From Octopus vulgaris (lineage: Eukaryota), in the NCBI GenBank assembly GCA_951406725.2, contig OX597821.1, forward strand, positions 69,068,001 through 69,132,000: a stretch of 64,000 bases of DNA. The letters run 5' to 3'. The translations under genes and the position numbers were made by a program. Below are positions 24,494 through 37,349 of this stretch, piece by piece. The notes beneath the pieces were generated by a model, which was given only the letters and a program-made list of their open reading frames with translations, was not told where the DNA came from and did not search any database. The stretch's first letter is position 1. Each line of letters begins with the position of its first letter.

Positions 24494-27400
24494 CCACCTG
24501 CTGAATTGAAGATACTTAGAGATTATCAGTCTCAAGTTAAGCGCAAGTCCTAACCTATTCATTCAGTTAGGTTTTTATGTTGTGTTATGAGTTGACCTGA
24601 GTTAAGGAATGTTTAAAAGGAATGATTTAACCAGAAAGCAAAAAGTTGAAGCACGTAGTAGTAGTGGTGAGTAAAAAAAAAAAAATTTGTAATGATTAAA
24701 TAGATTCAAAAGTTTGAGATGATAAAAATAGTTGAGGTGGTGGTAGGTGCTGGTGTTTACTGCTCTTAATCTTTCATACATCTGAACTTCTTGTAGTATC
24801 AGTATCCTCTTTTTATTGATACTAGTGATATCACGTATTATGTAGCTGGATTTGAAACTCTGATACCACTTAAAGGCTGCGGAATAAATGGTGAGATGTC
24901 TGTCTGTCATTGGTTGAAAAGCTTATAAAGAAGGTTCAGCTAGTCTTGTTATGAACTATTCTGTTATATCTAAATACTATGCTCTGGTGCACATATAAGT
25001 GTATCACACATTATACTGTATTGTTATACCATATACATAAACACAAATATACCACTCATATATGACACTGTATGGCACACAAATTCCTATATCATACACT
25101 TACACTTGATTTTCTATACTCTCTCTCTCACACACACACTTACAAGCTATTCCTTTTACTGTGTTACCATAAAATATTTCTATAAATCAGGTTATCTGCA
25201 TAAATGTTGAATGAAGCAAGTGTTTTACAGCTGGAGGTCTGTTCCTATCATCAGACTTTATTGCAGAAGGCCTTTTGGCTAGTGCATTGCTTTACTGGGG
25301 TCCAAACTGTTACTTCCTGTCAACGGCTTGTTTCTCAGAAATGTTTAATGATTGTCGGTATTTTTCACAGAAACATGTTACCGCATAGTTAGTAACCTAA
25401 ACTCATGTGTAGGGTAATACTTCTGAAAGGTATTTCAACATTTGGAACATAATCTCACACCCTCTCTTTAAGTTCAATAGGTGGCATCCACTGAGTACAG
25501 AGTGGCTTACATTCTTTTTGCTTGGTGATTGGCACAATGACCAAGAAAATCCTTAGAATCTTAGATTCATTTCTTCTTACTCTTTCCTTGCAGCACAACC
25601 CTTCCTTGTTAACAACAAAAAAACAGTTCAACTTATGATAGAAATAGTGGCTAAATCAATATCATATTACATAACCATCTTAAAAATGGACTCAGTGGAC
25701 AATGTCATCCTGCATAAGCTCAAATAACTGGATGCTCATGGTTGGAATGCTTTTGATCAAACAGTGTTGATCTATCATCGTCATCATTGTCATCATCTAT
25801 GCAATGAGGTCTAAAGTCTACCAAATGAAAGGTTACTTAAATCTAAGAGGTGTGCAATAGATATTCAAAATGGGTATCAATCCTCACATAAGCTATATCT
25901 TTGATAATTTGCAAATATTGTGATTATTAAATGCATGCTGGAGACCACAACAATACTAAACATTGTACCGGATTATCAAGCAACTGTTGAAGACGTGTAT
26001 TCTTTTACACTCCATTCAAACGATGCCATGCTGTCTTTTTCTTTCATCTTTCCTGGATAGAATAAGTATCTGTCAATTTCTAGGTTGATTTTTTTTTAAA
26101 GACAATATTTCTTTCAAGGACATCTAGCATTATTGTCACTATCATGCCAAAGGCAGAATAATTACCATGTTGGCCCTTAATGCTTAACAACATTTCTTAT
26201 AGCTCTTTACATCCTGGGTTCAAATTCCATCAAGAGCAACTTTGCTTTCCTTCTTTTGCGGTTTACAAAACTAATACCCATTGAGCACTGGGGTTGAGAT
26301 AATCAACCAGCACCCTTCCTACACAAAATTTCAGGCCTTGTACCTGTAGTAGAAATAATTGTTACTATTATGCTTAATGATGAAGAGAGCATAAAATATA
26401 TTGGCAGCTAACAGTTGTTGATGCTTGTATCCTGTCACAAATACTAGCTCTGTTTGTAGCTAAGACACTTGAGTCTGAACAGCTAAGTTTATGTAGCTGT
26501 GAGTCATCTGGACTATAGTATTAGTAGTAGTAGGGGGTGGCATGTGCTGTAAAAATGAGTTGCAGCATCCACCATTTGTTGGTGAATTCCTACTCCTCCT
26601 GGTGGCTGACATCTCTGCCCCACTTGGGTGACAAGCCTCCAATCCATGGGTCAGTTTGGACAGCCATTTGATGGTGAGAATTTTACAAGGTCAAAGTGCA
26701 AATTCTACTTCAACCTCGTTTAGTTACTTTTTACCATGTGCAGAGAAAACATTGAGTCTTTTCTTTGACATACTGGTCCCAACACAACACACCGTCCGTC
26801 CTGGGAATCAAATCAAGCCCACTTTCTGATGATTGTGAGTGCAACACATTTACCACATCTTGGCTATAAGTCCACCTAATTTTGATTATTACTCACCAGT
26901 GTAAACAGTGACAGTTCTAGAGAATAGACTATTGATTTGTTGCCTTGCAAAATGCTTTGTTCAATTTTTCCCAGTGTGTAAAACTACCTGCAATATGCTG
27001 CCTTACCCAAGAGAAGTTCTATCTCTTTTATTTCACTATCCTGCTACAGAAAAAGAATGGACTTTTAACTAAGGATTAAGAGTGTACGTTGCTGATCACT
27101 GTGAGGCACTATCTTAGCGGGGCAAATGGTACTGGATGGTTTAATACAGAGTTTGTAAACTTTCTCAGTGTTGCTGATAAGAATGAATGTTTACTTCCTA
27201 ATATTAATGCCTAGAGAAATATGTTAAGAGAAAATATATTAAGGGTTTTAAGGAATAGAGAGGTGAGCACATTGGTTAATGGCTGTTGGTTTAACCTCGT
27301 AGGATTTAATATGAAGCATACAACTCAACACAGCTCTTGTAACTTGAGATTTAATTGATATTCCAGCTATTTTGAAGCTTTATGGTTTTTTTTTTTTGCG

Positions 27401-27690
27401 TGTCATCTTGCTTGAATAGGAGAGACCCTGTTTATTTAGATATTATCCTTACGTTGTAGTGGAAATAGCACACCCCTTCTACAGGACAACTTGGTGACAA
27501 TAAGTTGTACTTGTAATTCAAAGAGCTGACCATGTCACATTCTGTGTCATGCTGAATCTCCTTGGTAACTATGTTAGGAGTACACATGTTTGTGGAGTGC
27601 TCAGGCACTTGTACTTTAATTATAAGCAATTGTTCTGTTGGTTGAATCAGTTGGAACCCTCGTCGTCGTAACCGATGGAGTACCAATCAG

Positions 27691-27724
<34 letters not shown>

Positions 27725-29662
27725 ATTTATTTCTGTTGCTATCCAGTTTCACACTTCTTCCTTTAGCAATACTGTAATGATGAAAGATAACTTAAACTTT
27801 TCATAATTATATAAATACATACACATACATGCAATCTTGTCACTTTGGGTAAGTGTGGTTTTATAGACTCGGGCTGCACACTGTCTTCTGAGTGGAATTT
27901 GTCAACAGAAACTGTACAGAAATCAGTCAAATGTGTGTGTATTAACATCACATGATAATTCTACACAAGTGTTACTGTCATACATGTGGTGTTCTTTGTT
28001 TCTAGTTTGCTGTGGAAATGTGTCCAATCATGAGGAAATATTACTTTACTTGAGGGTTGGCAACTGGAAGGGCATCCAGCAAAAAAAAAAAAGCTACCTC
28101 AGCAGATTCCATCTAACCCATGCATACATGAAAAGTGGATGTTAAAACAGTAATGATGATGACACACACAGACACACACAAAACTCAGTGTTAAAAACGC
28201 ATGCATGCACGCACGCTCACACACACACACACAAAGTATGTTTATATTGATATATCCTGTGCATTCTCTCTGTACATACAAGTTATACAATCATGTGCAA
28301 GCGAAGCATATTTGTATGTATGTATATATATATGATAACTTTATAAGCAATATTTGTGTTATATAGTGTACGATTCCATTATTAGTGGGCTCAACAAAAA
28401 AAAAAAGTATTCCATCCAATGAGACACACACACATGCACGAATATATACACATATATACTTATCTATTTATATGTGTATCTTTTTCCATTGTCTTGAGTC
28501 ACAACAGACATTTCCCATTTCAAAACTATTTCACTTAATCTCATTCAATAGAAACAGTAAATTAATTATGCGTGGCAACACTAATTTAAAAGAAAAAGGG
28601 AGATATGAAACAAAGATGGTTGTATGTACTTTTTCTTCTTATCCTGTATGCTTAGTTACAGGACATCGGTAATTTATTGTGTCTCCTGTTAACAGAAAGC
28701 TTGGGAAAGGTCATTGCTAAACAGCTTGGGAGGCATCTAGCGAAAGTGTCGGAGTTGTATTGCAAATGTTTGTTAGGCAATATTTGTAAATGAGATCTGA
28801 AACTGCTTTGTTTCTTTGCCTTAGCAGCCAACAGTTTCCTCTCTTCTGAATTAAATCGACCAATTTAAGGAAGCTACCATGGCCATTTGTTACACAGTTG
28901 TGTTCATGTTGAATTGAAAAAAAAATATGTGTGCATAAGATACTGCACTAGAATGCTACCCAGTCGTTTGTAATTTCCTCTCCTTGCTCATATTTTTCTT
29001 ACTGGCACTGATCTCTACATATTTAATCTTACCAGTCGCAGAGGGTTTGTAAACTCCTTTGCTGTTGTTAGATGCACACACACACCCACAGCCACCATCT
29101 TCTCTCCCTTTACTTTTGGGGTGGCTATGAATCTCCTCTACAGCAAATCATTTATTCTTCCTTTTGTTATACACTTGCCTCTCAACACCTGGCTGAAGCC
29201 ACTTCCTTCAATACTACATTCACCCTCAATCAAAGAGTCTTATCCTGTAAGTTACTTGGTGATCTCATTAGTGCTAGTCATATGAAAAAGCAGCCAGTAC
29301 ACTTTGTAAAATGGCCTGCATTAGAAAGTGCATCTGTCTGTAGAAACTGTGCTAAAACAGACACTGGAGCTTGACACAGTCTAACCCGATCGATGCTAGC
29401 ATGGAATACAGATGTTAAATGATGATTGTGATATAGTAATAGCTCTTATTTATAATCATGGACAGTGTTAGAAAAATCAGTAGGTCCCAAGCTCTTTATT
29501 TAATACTAGGTTCCAAACTATTTAATGCTATGAGCCACTTATTTTAGCAAGCCAGGAAGGATGAAGGAAAAGTTGTCCTCAGCAGGATTTGAACTTGGAA
29601 CATGAAGGAATAAAACTAAATACTACAAACCATTTAATCTGCCACCCTTTAAAATCAGCATC

Positions 29663-30080
29663 ATCATTTAACATCTTTTCCATGCTCACATGGGTCAGAC
29701 AGTGTTTTGTCTAGGGAAGTTTTCTACAGGTATATGCCCTTCCTGATATCACCCTTCATCTGTTTCCAAGCAAAGTAATGTTTCTCCATAGTCAGGTATG
29801 TTTTACATGGAAAACTGGAAATGAACAGCGTCACTTGCATGATGATGCTTACTTACAACTATCACATTTTGTTAAAACTAGGGTACAAACATGGATGTGC
29901 ACACACACACACACACAAACAAAACAAACTTCTTTGGATTTCCATCTATTAAAGCCACTCACAAGGCATTGGTTGGCCCTGGGTTTGAAGTAGAAGACAC
30001 TTATCCATGGTGTCACATAGTGAGACTGAAACACAGAACCATGTGTTTGGGAAGGAAGCTTCTCAAACATGGTTGTCATG
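29663..30080 (-). mobile_element. SINE variant: dominant head plus (GAT)n-tailed body
   Basis: Same architecture as 44500-44910(+), 50873-51316(-) and 27830-28160(+). Confidence 0.6.
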
Positions 30081-30249
30081 TTTTAGCTAAGGATTAAGTG
30101 TGCCTAACAGCTACACCTGTACTTAACAGACTTGCTTATACCTAGTAGCAAGAATAAGAAATCGATCATGTTGAGGTGATAACTGCCTGATTAAATAATT
30201 TGTAGACTCCCTCTGCAGTTGTGTACATGTACATGTATATATATATATA

Positions 30250-30817
30250 TCATCATCATCATCATCGTTTAACGTCCGCTTTCCATGCTAGCATGGGTTG
30301 GACGGTTCAACTGGGGTCTGGGAAGCCCGAAGGCTGCACCAGGCCAGTCAGATGTGGCAGTGTTTCTACAGCTGGATGCCCTTCCTAACGCCAACCACTC
30401 CGAGAGTGTAGTGGGTGATTTTATGTGCCACCGACACAGGTGCCAGACGAGGCTGGCAGACGGCCACGCTCGGATGGTGTTTTTTATGTGCCACCGACAC
30501 AGGTGCCAGACGAGGCTGGCAGACGGCCACGCTCGGATGGTGTTTTCTTATGTGTCACCGACACAGGTGCCAGACGAGGCTGGCGGACGGCCACGCTCGG
30601 ATGGTGTTTTGTTACGTGCCCTCAGCACGGAGGCCAGTCATTGCGGTACTGGCTACGGTCACGTTCGGATGGTTTTCTTATGTGCCACCGGCACTGGTAC
30701 CACAAGGATACAAATTCCATTGATGTTCATCTATTTTGATTTGGTTTGATTTGATTCGATACGATTCGATTCTCAATGATTGATTTTGATTTTTCCAGTT
30801 TCAGCTAATGAGCTGTG

Positions 30818-30822
<5 letters not shown>
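30250..30822 (-). mobile_element. Young composite non-autonomous retroelement with internal 63-64-bp tandem repeats
   Basis: CpG-rich. 3' end AACCCATGCTAGCATGGAAAGCGGACGTTAAAC(GAT)n. 5' end carries the LINE 3' stem-loop plus an (AATC)-like run. Confidence 0.7.
30421..30695. repeat. 63-64-bp minisatellite: 3 near-identical units, 1 diverged, 1 partial
   Basis: Units starting TTATGTG/TTACGTG at 30421, 30484, 30548, 30612 and 30678. Confidence 0.9.
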
Positions 30823-30847
<25 letters not shown>

Positions 30848-30849
<2 letters not shown>

Positions 30850-31048
30850 CTCTTACTCTCTTACTTGTTTCTGTCATTTGACTGTGGCCATGCTGGAGCA
30901 TCGCCTTTAGTTGAGCAAATCGACCCCAGGACTTATTCTTTGTAAGCCTAGTATTTATTTTATTGGTCTTTTTTGCTGAACCGCTAAGTTAAAGGGACGT
31001 AAACACACCAGCATCGGTTGTCAAGCGATGTTGGGGGGACAAACACAG

Positions 31049-31093
<45 letters not shown>

Positions 31094-31247
31094 CGACGGG
31101 CTTCTTTCAGTTTCCGTCTACCAAATCCACTCACAAGGCTTTGGTCGACTCGAGGCTATAGTAGAAGGCACTTGCCCAAGGTGCCACGCAGTGGGACTGA
31201 ACCCGGAACCATGAGGTTGGTAAGCAAACTACTTACCACACAGTCAC
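30848..31247 (-). mobile_element. Dominant SINE, near full length
   Basis: Head, CCTTGGGCAAGTG core, internal microsatellite and stem-loop tail are all present. Confidence 0.85.
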
Positions 31248-31288
<41 letters not shown>

Positions 31289-32640
31289 CGCGCGTGCATG
31301 TGTGTGTATATATATATTATATTACAGTTTCATGTACTATATTTAGCTTCTCTGTTAACTTTTTGTCATCTTCCTTGTTTGTGAGGTCACATAAGTAGTC
31401 ATAAGGTTTTTGAATAAAAAGTTTTTGATTTTTCATATCAATGTCAGTGCTCAGAATTCCATTAACAGGATGTATCTCCTCTCTGGTTACCTCTTTGAGA
31501 CACTGAGAAAGAAGGAGGGTTTTATTCCTTTAAATGTTTAGAAATAGAGAAATGCTCTTTATCCTTCATTTCCTCCTCCTCCTCATACTCTCTCTACTTA
31601 GAGAAATGAATAGTATGCAACAGGTTTCCACCAACTCTTGGAGAGCTGGCAAAAGATTAATTCAAGGTTACATGGTTATCTTCTTCTTATCAGTTTGTAT
31701 TTGGTTTTATATTCCTCCACCATCCAACCCATTACATTGATAACAGAGGTGTCCTATTAAACTGATGATTTTATTATCAGAATTGAAAGCAAAAGCAAAG
31801 AATTATCAAAGAAAGACACTAAATAAAATTAAATAACAAATAAATGAAAACTAATTAAAAACAAAAATAAAGAAATTTTATTTCCTCTTCTACTTTTTTG
31901 TTTGATAATTTCACTTAAGTTTGAATTGGAGAAAGAAAAAATCCAGAAATGTTTTTTTTTTAAATTCTCATCTGTAGGATTCTTAGAGAAAGAAAAAAAA
32001 TATTTCTTACTGTGGCATTAAAAAATAAGGTTTGGCTTAAACCATAAAAACATGTTCTCCCCCCCTCCCCCCTTCTCTCTCTCATTCTCTCTCTCACTCT
32101 CTTCCCCTCTCTCTCTAAGACAAGATTACTTTTTATTGCACTGAAAATGTGTAAGAAAAGTTTCCCCCCTCTTCTACTGGATGAGGCAGCAAAACAAATA
32201 TGCTGCTCTATATTAAAAAGCTTACTCAAGCAGAACTTTTGAAACTGTTATTGATGGATTTTAAATTAACTGCTAAGATATTGATGTAAATAATATTAGC
32301 TGTGTGGCTGGCTAAGAACCTTGCTTTGCACCTCAAGATTTTATGTTCAGTCCTACTGCATGACACCTTGAGCAATTGTCTTCTAATGTAGGCCTGGCTG
32401 ACCAATGTGCTGTGAGGGAATTTGATAGATGGAAACTATGAAGAAGCCTGTTGTGTGTGTGTGTGTGTGTGTGTATAGGACTGGCTGTGTGGTAAGTAGT
32501 TTGCTTACCAACCACATGGTTCCGGGTTCATTCCCACTGCATGGTACCTTGGGTGAGTGTCTTCTACTATAGCCTCGGGCCAACCAAAGCCTTGTGAGTG
32601 GATTTGGTAGACGGAAACTGAAAGAATCCCGTTGTATATA

Positions 32641-32675
<35 letters not shown>

Positions 32676-32738
32676 CAACCGCAAAATAACATTAATTCCG
32701 CAAACCAGGAGAAAATTAAAAAAACATTTACCCTGTAA

Positions 32739-32843
32739 TTTCTTATACGATGCACCGTTTCATCTATTGTTTAATGGTAAACTAACCTGATTAAATTAAA
32801 TCAAGCCAATCATCCATAGGCCGATAGATTCGTCAGTAAGAAA
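32739..32843 (-). ncRNA. Type I hammerhead ribozyme motif with 68-nt stem II
   Basis: UUUCUUA CUGACGA AUCUAU...AUAGAU GAAAC GGUGCAUC GUA^UAAGAAA. 7-bp stem I, canonical CUGANGA/GAAA/GUA core, near-palindromic stem III. Confidence 0.88.
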
Positions 32844-33222
32844 CAGCCAGATCCGAGCAGATATTATCACGAGGCACCTCTATCCCTGCCTCGGCAATAT
32901 CTGACCTAAAATTTTCAAATCATCGCACTCGCGCCAAATTTATCGGCAGCAAATATAAGCCGCCGATTCCATTACGGAATTAACCAGAAAATTCATAATT
33001 AATCAATATAGGGTGGCAAAAAATTTCGTAGAATTTATTTGCCACCAGCGGCCTAGTGGGAAAAAATTAAATAGTCATAGACCATTTATAAGTTCAACAT
33101 CACAATCAAGGAATGGCCATAATAGGCCATTCACCCACTAGAAATAACAGCCAAAGCTTCAACCGCAAAATAACATTAATTCCGCAAACCAGGAGAGAAT
33201 TAAAAAAACATTTACCCTGTAA

Positions 33223-33327
33223 TTTCTTATACGATGCACTGTTTCATCTATTGTTTAATGGTAAACTAACCTGATTAAATTAAATCAAGCCAATCATCCA
33301 TAGGCCGATAGATTCGTCAGTAAGAAA
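33223..33327 (-). ncRNA. Second tandem hammerhead ribozyme motif
   Basis: Identical to 32739-32843 except one G>A in stem III (GAAACAGUGCAUCGUA). Confidence 0.8.
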
Positions 33328-34117
33328 CAGCCAGATCCGAGCAGATATTATCACGAGGCACCTCTATCCCTGCCTCGGCAATATCTGACCTAAAATTTTC
33401 AAATTTTTTAAAAAAATTTTCTCCTGGTCTATGGTCTATGACTATTTAATTTTTTCCCACTAGGCCGCTGGTGGCAAATAAATTCTACGAAATTTTTTGC
33501 CACCCTATATTGATTAATTATATATATATATATATATGTGTGTGTGTATATGTTTGTGTGTCTGTGTTTGTCCCCGTAACTTAGCGGTTCAGCAAAAGAG
33601 ACCGATACTATAAGTACTAGGCTTCCAAAGAATAAGTCCTGAGGGTCGATTTGCTCAACTAAAAGTGGTGCTCCAGTATGGCTGCAGTCAAATGACTGAA
33701 ACAAGTAAAAGAGTAAAAAGAGTAAAGAGAGCTTATATATGTGTGTATGTCTTTCTGTTTGTCCCCCACTAATGCTTGATGTCTGGCATTGGTTTATTTA
33801 CATCCCTGTAACTTAGCATTTCAGCAAAAAGGATCGATGGAATAAGTAACAGGCTTTATAAATATTGGGGTCAAGGTGGTGCCCTCAGCATGGCTGCAGT
33901 CAAATGACTGAAACAAGTAAAAGATAGAAGATATTCAAAGCACCAGTCTAAAGTCAAAAATGAGCAACAGGCCCTCCTATTGAGCTGGCCTCTGATGCTA
34001 CAGAATTTCAACTGTGTATGCCCGACTGGTGTTTAGATGTGATGTATGTTTGATGTCCATGGTAAAAGTGGACTGAAGTGTGTGTGTGTGCATGCTTAAG
34101 ATCATTTCAGTGATTAA

Positions 34118-34337
34118 CCCTTTAGTGTTCAGATTACTCTGTTAACTGTAATATTTTTATACTCAAATTGTTTTTAATTAATCATGCATTATCTCATAGC
34201 TTTGAGGTTTCAATGATGTGATTGTATATTTTTTGAATGTCAATGTAGGTTAGGTTTGAGGGGCTAAATATGGCCAGTTTGATTATAAAACATATAGAAT
34301 ATTTGGGCCAGATATGGCCGGTTTAAACACTAAAGGG
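34118..34337. mobile_element. piggyBac-like MITE
   Basis: TTAA|CCCTTTAGTGTT ... AACACTAAAGGG|TTAA. Confidence 0.85.
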
Positions 34338-34891
34338 TTAACAGGAGAAATTGATGTTATCTGAATCTTCATAACCATCTCTTTCTCACTCTGTCCATTG
34401 ATATATCATATCTTCATATTTCTCTTCATTGAACCATGAAAAAAAACAAAACAAAAAAAACAAAAAACCTCAGCTTCTCAAAGTCGTTTCAGATACATCT
34501 CTTGTTTTTATCTTTGAAGAAAGAAGTGAGTTTTACATTAATATTTTTCTATTAATTTCCATTTAGTTTTGAAATCCAATACATTAACTTACAATTATTT
34601 TACTAATGTTTCCACTAAAGGAAATTCTCTATGGTTGTTTGATCTGCTGGATATAGCAACCATATTTCATTGTAGTCTTTAAAAAAGGGAAGGATGTTTT
34701 GGGAAATGTAGTCCTAGATATGATATGACTGAATAAAAAACATGATCACAGCTCAAAAAACAGAACGATCATACTGGAATGGCTTTGTGTAGTCAGGTTG
34801 ACCTGGGGTTAAACCACAACAACAGGAATTAATTTTGATGGCACAAGAGACTATTCGTTAAAGTATAATAATTTCCTGGCCAGTAATTTAA

Positions 34892-35090
34892 CCATTTAAC
34901 ATTTAAACCAGCTATATCTAGCTAAAATATTCTACTTGTTTCATGCTCAAACAGCCGATATCTGGTCTCTTACACCAACCCTACAATATTATACTAAAAG
35001 TAAACAATCACATCATTGAAAACTCAAAACTACAACATAATGCATGATTAATTCAAGAGAATTTAAAAGAAGAATCTGAATGCTAAAGGT
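34892..35090. mobile_element. piggyBac-like MITE, inverted relative to the 34118 copy
   Basis: TTAA on both sides; internal homology (AATGCATGATTAATT). Confidence 0.7.
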
Positions 35091-37349
35091 TTAACAGCAG
35101 TTTCTGAGATGTCATGAGGACAAGAGACACGTTTCATCTGTGACAGGGTGCTTGTCTGTTGCCGGTAACTTTCTCAAAAATTTCTGGTACCTATACCTGG
35201 CAGCACAGTGGTTCGTGATACTGCACACTATTAACTTTGATTACTTATCCAACCAACACTCCTACTTTAATAACTATCTTTTATGACTTTTATATTGTTT
35301 TAAGATATTACATGTGGTTGTTTGGCATTTGGAAGGAAATCTTAACATAATGTCTTTTAATCCAGCTCTTCATATTTTGCTGCACATATAATCTGTCAGA
35401 CATTTATAACAAAGTTATTAATTGTAATCGTTGTAACAGTTTAAAATTGTGCAAAAATTGATATCAGATGAAGCATAACAACGAGGCTTGTAATATTTAG
35501 CATAAAATTTTGTTGAATAATAGTTTTTCTTCCTATTTCTTTTTATGTTTCCCATACTTAAAACCATTTTCTCTGCATATCTGAATTGAAATTTCCAATT
35601 TGCATCAGATATTTAATTCATGTATATTTAAAAAAAAAAAAAAAATTCTAAAGTACTGAATATCATATAATTTTTAAGATATTCCATTAGATTATACAGA
35701 ACAAGTGTAATTTTGCATGTTTAATATATATTAATAAATAAATATATATATAGTATATATTTAGTATTTATTCTCATTTAAATACCGGTTCCATCTCTCT
35801 CTTTCTCTCTGTCTCTGTCTCTCTCTCAGCTGCATATATCCCCATCCATGTCTGTTGATGTTAAACAGCCATGCTGCTACTGTGGATGCCTGTCTCGATT
35901 GCAAAGGGAAACCTCATTGTATGTGTTTGCAATTGGCGCTTGCTGCTCTTTATCTAAATACTATTTTATTTATGTATGATTGAGTGCCTGCTTGGATTGT
36001 TCTTTTAGTACTGAGATCTTCTTGCGATAAACAAAATATCAAAAGCAAATAATGGAAAAAGAAATAAAAGAACAAAACTATATATATATATATATACACA
36101 TGCGCGCACACACACACAACCGAACCCATTTGTCACTTGTTTTATTGATTTAGGTTCCATTGCCAGCTACTCACATTTTTACTGGCAATGAAAGATAATT
36201 GTTGTAAAAAGACAACAAACAACAGCAATAATATTAATCAACAGCAACAAAAACAGTCAAACATGTCGATTTACTAGCAGAGGAAATTTCCGAGAATAAA
36301 GGTGGCTTGTGTGAGTGCCACAGGATGGAAGGATGGATGGAGGAGGCTATACAGAATTAGATAAGTGTTTGATATTACAGTAGTGCTGTTTCCTCAGACA
36401 TCTGCTGCTGCTGTTGCTGCTTGTGTGTCTATGTAGGTTTGGATGCATCTGTATGTATGTATGTGTTTGCATATATGTGTGTGTGTGTGTGTGTGTCTGT
36501 CTTTCCAACAAAGACAGCCCTAGTTCTACTACATACATCTTAATGCATGTGTATGCTATTTATAGAATCTTTAAGCATCCCCTCTCTTCATTACTTTCAA
36601 AAAGCCCTATACAATAGTTGCTATGGTGCTGCATGCTCTTCCATTACCCCTGTCTCCACCAGTCCCTACACAAAAATATATCTGTTGTTTCAAAAAATAA
36701 ATAAACAAAATAACTTGCACCCCTTATTTCAATTTACTGAACGTAGTTCTCTGTTGGAAGGAAAATATGTTTTCTTTCTGTCTTCACCTTAAGATCCTCA
36801 ATGTCTTCTTCCTCTTATCTGCTCTTCCCCTTACGTCTCTTGTCTGTCTTTCTTTGAGGTTAAAATTACTGAATAAATAAATACACAAGGATGAACCGAA
36901 CATTGGATAGTTGCCTTTATACGATACTGCTTTTGTCAGTATAGCACTGTTGTCTTTTGGAAAGGCATGAATAATGCCACAGCATTTCATTCCTCTCTTC
37001 CTTTTTGAATCTGAAGCATAAAATCAGCAATGTCTTTTATTTTTGTAGTCATGTTTACCATTTGAATTACAGCTGCTGTTTTTATTTACATATAGTTGTA
37101 TGTTTTGTTTATTCAGTCCCAAGTCAGTGTGTTGATCAAAGACATTCCAGCTGTGTCCATCCAGCCTGTCTTTTATTCAGACATTACAGCTAAAACTACA
37201 CACTGTATTTTCTGGCATGAAAGTTGATGTAGTTTATAAGTTGAGGTAGATTTTTCAATAAAAAAAATCAATGTTAAATCTTTATTCACTGTATAAATCA
37301 AAGCCCTTTTTTCTGAATAACTATTTTACCAGAGATATTTTGGATATCT

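Larger units (their letters stand above)
32675..33521 (-). mobile_element. Retrozyme/Penelope-pLTR-like non-coding element with tandem hammerheads
   Basis: 246-bp direct repeats (32675-32920, 33159-33404; period 484). 91-bp inverted segment (33431-33521 vs 32995-33085). (TA)n on both sides. Confidence 0.8.
32476..33731 (+). mobile_element. Dominant SINE interrupted at its internal (TA)n by the 32675-33521 insertion
   Basis: 5' half 32476-32640 and 3' half 33540-33731 join up when compared with the copy at 51738-52124. Confidence 0.85.

Noticed and set aside
24770-24812. Minus-strand CTGATAC-TACA...TGTAT-GAAAG hammerhead-like string
   Set aside because: Core mismatches and no stem I or III.
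30285-30749. Three overlapping ORFs with repeated peptides, and a CRISPR-like look
   Set aside because: They arise from a 63-64-bp tandem repeat inside a retroelement. No unique spacers, eukaryotic context.
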